Shown: positions 27,495-33,389 of the stretch, piece after piece | Numbering within the stretch: position 1 is the stretch's first letter | How the letters are laid out: every line of letters starts with the position of its first letter | DNA from: Limisphaerales bacterium | GTDB lineage: Bacteria; Verrucomicrobiota; Verrucomicrobiia; Limisphaerales; SIBE01 | Direction of reading: 5' to 3' | DNA length: 33,389 nt | Assembly (NCBI GenBank): GCA_044225505.1 | Contig: JBGAIN010000087.1 | Location: 1 to 33,389, forward strand | Program-made: the position numbers and the translations under genes | The notes under the pieces: model-generated | The model's database searches: none | Told to the model about the DNA's origin: nothing | The model's input: only the letters and a program-made list of their open reading frames with translations

Positions 27495-27981
27495 CAAGCT
27501 GACAACGAACATTGTTCTGGTCGGTTTGGGGGGCCAAGGGGTGTTGACGGCCAGCGATATCTTGGCGCGCGCAGCGTTGCGCAGCGGTTACCTGGTGAAG
27601 AAAAGCGAGATCAAAGGGATGAGCCAGCGGGGAGGAACTGTCACAAGCGATGTTCGCTTCGGCCAGGCGGTCTTCAGCCCTATGGTTCCGGCGGGCGAAG
27701 CGGATTTCCTGGTGGTGTTGGACCCGAGCCAAGCAGAGACCCAGCGCTTTTGGCTTTCCAAAGAGGGAGTCTTGATCAGCCCGTCCAACATCGATGTCGG
27801 CGCCCTTCCCACGCGCAAGAGCCTAAATGTGGCCTTGCTCGGCGCCCTGAGCGCCCAACTGCCCATCGCCGAGGCGGACTGGCTCGACTCGCTGCACGCC
27901 GCATTTCCAGAAGATACCTATAGCTCGAATCGATCCGCGTTCGCGGTCGGACGTCGAACTCTGCAACCCATGGGACTATGA
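27487..27981 (+). CDS. iorB: Indolepyruvate:ferredoxin oxidoreductase subunit beta (short form)
   Basis: [29 protein letters not shown] and NVALLGALS; overlaps the iorA stop. Confidence 0.93.
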   Translation: MHNKLTTNIVLVGLGGQGVLTASDILARAALRSGYLVKKSEIKGMSQRGGTVTSDVRFGQAVFSPMVPAGEADFLVVLDPSQAETQRFWLSKEGVLISPSNIDVGALPTRKSLNVALLGALSAQLPIAEADWLDSLHAAFPEDTYSSNRSAFAVGRRTLQPMGL

Positions 27982-29300
27982 AAACGGAGGCCCTCGCGCC
28001 GTTCCACCCTGCGAGCGCAACAGATTATCTACCACTGCCGCAGTTGCGAGACATTCAACTCACGCGCTTGCGCAAAACCGTCGAGCGCGCCTTCGATCGA
28101 GTCGCGCTCTTCCGCGGGCGTATGGACGAACGGGGCTTAACGCCGTCGGACATCCGATGTTTAGAGGACGCGGCCCATCTCCCGTTCACCGTTAAATCGG
28201 ACCTGCGCGATGCTTACCCATTCGGACTATTTGCTGCGCCGTTGCAGGAAATCGTTCGTTTCCACGCCTCGAGCGGAACGACTGGCAAGCCGATCGTCGT
28301 CGCCTATACCAAAGAAGACCTTGAAGATTGGTCCCAAGCCATGCTGCGGAGTTTCGCCGCGTGTGGCGTGCAAAGCACGGACATTGTCCAGAACGCTTAT
28401 GGCTACGGATTATTCACGGGCGGTCTCGGGGCTCATTACGGCGCGGAAGCGTTAGGTGCCAGCGTTATCCCGATCTCGGGCGGCAATACCGAGCGCCAAA
28501 TCATGGTGCTGAAAGACTTTGGAGTGACGGTGATCTGTTGCACGCCGAGCTACTTCATTCATCTCATCGAGCGCGCTGGCGAAATGGGAATCCAGGTCCG
28601 CGATCTGCCGCTTCGCATTGGTGTCTTTGGCGCAGAACCCTGGACCGAGAAGATGAGACAACGGATCCAAAACGACAGCGGCATTCGAGCTTACGACATT
28701 TACGGGCTGTCCGAGATCGTTGGTCCGGGCGTGGCCATGGAATGTGTGCATCAGACCGGACCGCACATCTTCGAGGACCTTTTCTACCCAGAGATCATCG
28801 ATCCGCAAACCGGCGAGGTGTTGCCGGACGGATCGGAAGGAGAACTCGTCCTGACCACACTTTGCAAGCGGGCCATGCCCATGATCCGCTATCGGACCCG
28901 CGATATCACAGCGCTGGCCTCCGATCGCTGTCCTTGTGGCCGCACCTTGCGCCGGATCCATCGGATTGGGCGGCGCACGGACGACATGCTGATCATTCGT
29001 GGAGTGAACCTGTTCCCATCGCAGATTGAAACGGCGTTGCTCAATGTGGAAGGAACGCTGCCGCATTATCAAATCATCGTCGACCGGGAGCGTGGCCTAG
29101 ATACATTAGAAGTGGAAGTGGAAGTCACTCCCGAGACTTTCAGCGACACGGTCGGCGCCATGGCGAAACTGCAAGCGCGATTGAGTCACTCCATCGAGAG
29201 TGTCACTGGAATTCACGCCGAGGTGCGCCTGGTTGCAGCACATACGCTTCAACGCAGCGAAGGAAAAGCCAAGCGCGTGCAAGACCGCCGCCGTCTCTAA
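27978..29300 (+). CDS. paaK: Phenylacetate--CoA ligase
   Basis: [66 protein letters not shown] and [13 protein letters not shown] coupling to iorB. Confidence 0.96.
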   Translation: MKTEALAPFHPASATDYLPLPQLRDIQLTRLRKTVERAFDRVALFRGRMDERGLTPSDIRCLEDAAHLPFTVKSDLRDAYPFGLFAAPLQEIVRFHASSGTTGKPIVVAYTKEDLEDWSQAMLRSFAACGVQSTDIVQNAYGYGLFTGGLGAHYGAEALGASVIPISGGNTERQIMVLKDFGVTVICCTPSYFIHLIERAGEMGIQVRDLPLRIGVFGAEPWTEKMRQRIQNDSGIRAYDIYGLSEIVGPGVAMECVHQTGPHIFEDLFYPEIIDPQTGEVLPDGSEGELVLTTLCKRAMPMIRYRTRDITALASDRCPCGRTLRRIHRIGRRTDDMLIIRGVNLFPSQIETALLNVEGTLPHYQIIVDRERGLDTLEVEVEVTPETFSDTVGAMAKLQARLSHSIESVTGIHAEVRLVAAHTLQRSEGKAKRVQDRRRL

Positions 29301-29316
29301 TCCGGAGGGAAGCCGT

Positions 29317-29757
29317 ATGACTCTCAAACAACTATCCGTCTTTTTGGAGAACAAACCTGGCGCATTGAGCCGGGTTTGCCGGGTCCTGGCAACCGCTGGC
29401 ATCAACATTCAGACGTTTGCTCTGGCCGACTCCGAGCAGTTTGGCATTCTGCGCTTGATCGTGCAGGACTGGGATCAGGCCCGCAAAGTTCTGGAGCAGA
29501 ACCAGTGGGTGGTCAAGGTCACGGATGTCGTGACGCTCAAAGTGCCAGACCGCGCGGGTGGCCTTTCCAGCGTTCTGGACCTTCTGGAGTGGGCCAACGT
29601 GAATGTCGAATACGCCTACGCCTTCACCGCCAAGCATAACGGCGAAGGTCTGCTGGTCTTCCGCTTTGATCAACCCGAAATCGCCATTGACGCACTCCGG
29701 ACCCATAATATCCGCCCCGTCAGCGATGCTGAACTGACACGACTGCTCAGCTCATAA
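29317..29757 (+). CDS. Tandem ACT-domain (amino acid-binding) protein, paaK-associated
   Basis: MTLKQLSVFLENKPGAL...FGILRLIV...VPDRAGGL...NVEYAYAF; Shine-Dalgarno GGAGG at 29304-29308 supports ATG 29317. Confidence 0.93.
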   Translation: MTLKQLSVFLENKPGALSRVCRVLATAGINIQTFALADSEQFGILRLIVQDWDQARKVLEQNQWVVKVTDVVTLKVPDRAGGLSSVLDLLEWANVNVEYAYAFTAKHNGEGLLVFRFDQPEIAIDALRTHNIRPVSDAELTRLLSS

Positions 29758-29772
29758 ACTTGTCCACTCTCA

Positions 29773-29843
29773 GGAGCGGCGTGGCAGCGGCCCGACAGGG
29801 CAACGCTGTATCCGTCTCCGACGGCGAACCTCGCCGCAACTCC
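29773..29843. repeat. Multibranched palindromic element between convergent genes (REP-like or bidirectional terminator)
   Basis: Outer pairing GCGGCG (29776-81) / CGCCGC (29832-37); inner stems CAGCG-GCCC-gaca-GGGC-aa-CGCTG and CCGTC-tcc-GACGG. Confidence 0.45.
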
Positions 29844-29847
29844 CGGC

Positions 29848-31152
29848 TCATTTCAAATGGCGATCGGCAAAATCCAGGAAAAACCCCCAATCCTCCGCTT
29901 TTGTATCATGCTCGCCAGTGCGGACATGGTAGCCGACGGTTTGGCCGATCGATCGGTCGGGCTTGGGGAACTCCGATTTGCCCAGTCCTGTGCGTCCATA
30001 GAGTTGATAGACCGGTTCGGCCCCTTGGGCGGCTAAGAATTCCCCGCGCGGATCTGCCCACTGGTCTTCGGTGGCGCTCGCGACATAAACCGGCCGCGGC
30101 GCCATCAACGCGATGAGCATGTGCGCATCGACCGGCAAGGCTGACTCCCGTTTGGCGTATTGACCGAAAGCGCCGCAGAACCAGTAGGGCACCGCAGCAA
30201 CCAGGTGATGAATGCGCTCTCCAAAACAGCGTCGCGTTATCGCCGCGCCACCTTCTCCCGAGTCATTCGAAATCACCAGCGCGAACCGTTCATCAGCCGC
30301 TCCCGCCCAAAGCGCGGTCTTTCCCAGTCGCGAATGTCCGATCACCGCGACGTTCTTGGCGTTCACCGCTCCGTCCATTTCCAAATAATCGAGGCCCCGG
30401 CTCAATCCCCAAGCCCAGGCGCCAATGGCACCCCAAGCTTGAGGGTCAAAGACGGTATTCGTGCCTGCCGGACTTAGCGCCGCGCGCACTCCGCTCTTCC
30501 AACCCTCGCCAGAGTCCGGCTCAAGATCGCCGTAATAAATCGTGGCGAGCGCGTAGCCTCGATCAATTACCGTCTCCACCTGCCAGCGCTGCGCCTGAGA
30601 CGCGCGCGACGCCTCCGTAGCGCGGTTGTTGACGATCCCCAAGTCCTTGGCCGACCTCATCCAGCGCGTCGAGATCCGAATGCCAGGATCGGCGTGGACA
30701 GATTGATTGCCATAAAAATTGAGTCCCAGAAACGCTGGCACAGGCTTGGTGGCCGCGTTGGGTAAATACAGCAGCAGGTCCATCTTCGGCCCGTCTTTGC
30801 GGCCCGTCAGGTAGATCGTTACTTCTTTGCGCGTGGCTTTGCCTCCCAATGCTTGCTTATCTAGCGAAGTCACTTCGAACGTGATTGCGTGGGTCGGTTT
30901 TGGGCTCCGACCGTAAACGTGCTCCTCAAACAGGCGGACAATCTCCGGACGCCGTGCGGCTCGCCAGGCCTGTGCATCCCGAACACGCGTCCCGTCACTC
31001 CGGATAAGCAATTCGGGGAGTGGATCATTGGGCACTTTGGATTCGTCGTAAAGGACGTCGGGTGGATCCGCAGCCAGCGCTGTCCAGCCGGCCCAGGTCA
31101 CGCCAAGGCCAAGGGAAAATGCCACCCACAGATGGAGACGAAGCGAGTTCAT
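29848..31152 (-). CDS. Carbohydrate esterase family 15 (glucuronoyl esterase-like), secreted
   Basis: Signal peptide; WGAIGAWAWG, nucleophile motif GHSRLGK, SGEGGA, LPVDAHMLIALMAPRP, EDQWADPRGE and GEHD. Confidence 0.9.
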   Translation of the reverse strand: MNSLRLHLWVAFSLGLGVTWAGWTALAADPPDVLYDESKVPNDPLPELLIRSDGTRVRDAQAWRAARRPEIVRLFEEHVYGRSPKPTHAITFEVTSLDKQALGGKATRKEVTIYLTGRKDGPKMDLLLYLPNAATKPVPAFLGLNFYGNQSVHADPGIRISTRWMRSAKDLGIVNNRATEASRASQAQRWQVETVIDRGYALATIYYGDLEPDSGEGWKSGVRAALSPAGTNTVFDPQAWGAIGAWAWGLSRGLDYLEMDGAVNAKNVAVIGHSRLGKTALWAGAADERFALVISNDSGEGGAAITRRCFGERIHHLVAAVPYWFCGAFGQYAKRESALPVDAHMLIALMAPRPVYVASATEDQWADPRGEFLAAQGAEPVYQLYGRTGLGKSEFPKPDRSIGQTVGYHVRTGEHDTKAEDWGFFLDFADRHLK

Positions 31153-31301
31153 AGGAATACTCTCGCTAGGAAACGTCCGGTGGCAAGCGAGGAAGTAGTG
31201 CCCTGCCGCGCGACCGGGCTGCAGATCAGTCGAAAAGTTCAGACATTCTTATGACGCTCGCCAACAGCGCTTAGCTCTGCTAGATCTGATCCCACTTCGG
31301 C

Positions 31302-32600
31302 ATGAACGCTTCGAACTCGCCCACTGTCCCTGGCGAAAAGCCTGGACTTCTTCCGCCGCCGCGTGGGACACGACTGGCCTCCGTGGACGCCCTCCGCGGG
31401 CTCGTGGTGTTTACCATGATCTTCGTGAACGACCTCTCGGGCGTATCGAATGCAATCGTGCCTCCCTGGATGAAACACTTCCACGGACGAAATGGGATGA
31501 CGTTTGTCGATCTCGTATTCCCAGCGTTCCTCTTTATTGTGGGCATGTCATTGCCGTTGGCCCTCGGCAGCCGATTGCGCCGAGGTGAATCGCTCGCGAA
31601 GATTACGCGCCACGTTTTTCTCCGTACGCTAGCGCTGCTGTTCATTGGGGTGCTCATGGTCAATGAGACTCCCGACTCCCGCCAGATGGGGTGGTCGGGA
31701 CCGCTCTGGGTCACATTGATGTACTTCAGCGCTATCCTGGCGTTTGCCACCATCTCATCAAAGCCGATCGATGGATCAAGTGAACCGGGTGCTCAGGCAT
31801 CGCCTTGGGACGCTGCGTGTAAAGGGCTGCGATGGATCGGGCTGGTCGCGCTCATCCTCCTGGCTTTGGTCTTTCGCGGAGCGAACGGGCAGCGCATCAT
31901 TTCGTTCTCCCCATTCTTGATTCACCATCAGTGGTACGGGATCCTGGGATTGATCGGCTGGGCTTACCTGGTCGGAGCCATTGTTTATCTGTTTTGCCAG
32001 GCGAACCGGACTGCGCAATTGGGTTCATTTGCGCTGTTGATGTGCCTCTATCCAGCCGCGCGGAATGGGATGTTTGAGGGTTTATGGATCGCAAAACACG
32101 TCGGCTTCGGAGAAGCGTTAGGCTCTCTGGCCTCGATCACGGTGGCCGGAGTGTTCTTCCTCACTGGGATCACGCTCCAGGGGAGCACCGGTCAAAGACG
32201 AACGAAATTCGCGCTGCAGTTCGTGGCGGGAATGGCCGCGGCAGCCCTGTTGCTCCACGGGCTTTACGGAATCAATAAGAATCAAGCAACCCCCTCGTGG
32301 TGCCTTTGGGCGTGCGCCATCACAGCCGCTCTCTGGTTGGTGCTTCAAACGGTGGGCGATGTGCCAGGCGGCGAGCGCCTGCTGCGTCCGCTCACCTTAG
32401 CCGGGCAAAATGTGCTGTTGGCTTACTTAATCTCGGAAATGCTGCCATCAACCCTTCAAATTCTCCATCTCGCGGATCTCTACGAGCAGTTTGCCGGCCC
32501 TCACTTGTGGAACGCGCTGGCCCGGTCGATCGGCTGTGCCGTGGGAGTGCTAGTCGTAACGGCTGGCTTGAATGGCCTTGGACTGCGACTCAAGCTCTGA
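31302..32600 (+). CDS. DUF5009 / HGSNAT (NagX)-like membrane acyltransferase-family protein
   Basis: RLASVDALRG...MIFVN, TFVDLVFPAFLFIVGMS, WYGILGLIGWAY, INKNQATPSW and GQNVLLAY; many TM helices. Confidence 0.87.
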   Translation: MNASNSPTVPGEKPGLLPPPRGTRLASVDALRGLVVFTMIFVNDLSGVSNAIVPPWMKHFHGRNGMTFVDLVFPAFLFIVGMSLPLALGSRLRRGESLAKITRHVFLRTLALLFIGVLMVNETPDSRQMGWSGPLWVTLMYFSAILAFATISSKPIDGSSEPGAQASPWDAACKGLRWIGLVALILLALVFRGANGQRIISFSPFLIHHQWYGILGLIGWAYLVGAIVYLFCQANRTAQLGSFALLMCLYPAARNGMFEGLWIAKHVGFGEALGSLASITVAGVFFLTGITLQGSTGQRRTKFALQFVAGMAAAALLLHGLYGINKNQATPSWCLWACAITAALWLVLQTVGDVPGGERLLRPLTLAGQNVLLAYLISEMLPSTLQILHLADLYEQFAGPHLWNALARSIGCAVGVLVVTAGLNGLGLRLKL

Positions 32601-32670
32601 TTGTCGCAACACCTAACGCTCAGTGGCGGCCGAATACCTCGTAGGGCTGCCGCTGGAATCCTGGAGGCGT

Positions 32671-32976
32671 TCAGGTTTCTGAGGCCTTTTCCTTCTGGCC
32701 TGAATGCCGCTTGTGGTAAGGCGAGTGTAAGTTGAAATAAATGCCACAAAGGGGTCGATCGCCCTCCGTTTGACTCAGGATAATAGTGACCTGCTTGTCG
32801 AGCGCGATTCCGTGGCGCAGGTTTGGCCCACGCTCGTTATACGCCTTGATTGCTTTCTCCATCAGCGAACTCAAAGAAGCGGCGCACTCTTCCGGAGTTT
32901 TTTCAAGACACACAATGTACTTGTCAAAACCCCGCAACGCTTCGGCCATTTCTTCTTTGAAGGTGTCAGCAGTCAC
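32671..32976 (-). CDS. Small hypothetical protein (101 aa)
   Basis: Fills the gap between two genes, has protein-like composition (helical N-half, beta-like C-half) and a GTG start; no family recognised. Confidence 0.7.
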   Translation of the reverse strand: MTADTFKEEMAEALRGFDKYIVCLEKTPEECAASLSSLMEKAIKAYNERGPNLRHGIALDKQVTIILSQTEGDRPLCGIYFNLHSPYHKRHSGQKEKASET

Positions 32977-33074
32977 AACGTCACGTTAAGAGCTTGTCCG
33001 CTGCCTGGAAATAGAAAATTGAACGGTCGCATGAGGCATTGTCAGCAAGGCATTCTCGTAGAGCGACAGGGAGT

Positions 33075-33389
33075 CTAAGGGACACCGCCCGGGGCAGGCT
33101 TGATCCGGGCTCCGAAAAGGGCGGTTCCAATCCGGACCATGGTAGCGCCTTCCTCTATGGCGACTTCAAAATCGCCGCTCATTCCCATGCTCAGTTCGGG
33201 CAAGGGCGCGCCCAGGATGCCCTCGCATTGTTCCTTCAAACTGCGGAGCTGTTGGAAGCACGGTCGCACTTTTTCCGGTTCTGGGGTCCAGGGGGGAACC
33301 GTCATGAGCCCTTGGATCTCCAGTCGTCGCAGCTGGTTGATCTGGGCTAACTCAGCCAGAACGGCCTCTGGCCGAAAGCCATACTTGCT
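33075..33389 (-). CDS. yggS: YggS/PROSC family PLP homeostasis protein (partial; 5' end outside window)
   Basis: Frame is open to the window edge: SKYGFRPE...IQGLMTVPP...LSMGMSGDFEVAIEEGATMVRIGTALFG. Confidence 0.95.
   Translation of the reverse strand, partial: SKYGFRPEAVLAELAQINQLRRLEIQGLMTVPPWTPEPEKVRPCFQQLRSLKEQCEGILGAPLPELSMGMSGDFEVAIEEGATMVRIGTALFGARIKPAPGGVP

Noticed and set aside
1..33389. CRISPR array, tRNA/rRNA, prophage, IS element or anti-phage defence genes
   Set aside because: No regularly spaced repeats, RNA-gene signatures or relevant protein motifs seen; almost all sequence is explained by the listed CDSs.

Overview
A 33.4 kb, gene-dense, GC-rich bacterial chromosomal segment. 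The gene repertoire (ADOP-type orphan permease, ECF sigma factor with a long membrane extension, secreted CAZymes, REP-like palindromes) suggests Verrucomicrobiota or a related PVC/Acidobacteria-like organism; this is inference only. In order it holds: (1) a REP-like triple hairpin and a secreted GH43; (2) on the minus strand, a duplicated FtsX/MacB orphan permease with a sigma54-type promoter, ApbE, and an ECF sigma factor fused to about 6-7 TM helices; (3) an 11-gene surface-glycan cluster (7419-20841) with three methyltransferases, two GT4s, a GT2, a GT9, an O-antigen ligase/Wzy-like protein, a YfhO-like GT-C, a DUF362 protein and a CapK-like adenylate-forming ligase; (4) a six-hairpin GH / CBM / GH10 fusion; (5) an AlgE-family porin followed by iorA-iorB-paaK-ACT; (6) a CE15 esterase, a DUF5009/HGSNAT-like membrane protein, a small hypothetical protein and partial yggS. 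I saw no rRNA, tRNA, CRISPR array, transposase or integrase. The best candidates for something undescribed are the DUF362 + CapK-like glycan-tailoring module, the porin-linked aryl-acid operon with LysR-type boxes, the bi-catalytic GH fusion, the sigma54/palindrome control of the orphan permease, and the membrane-fused ECF with a candidate autoregulatory promoter. All family assignments come from motif recognition, not database searches.
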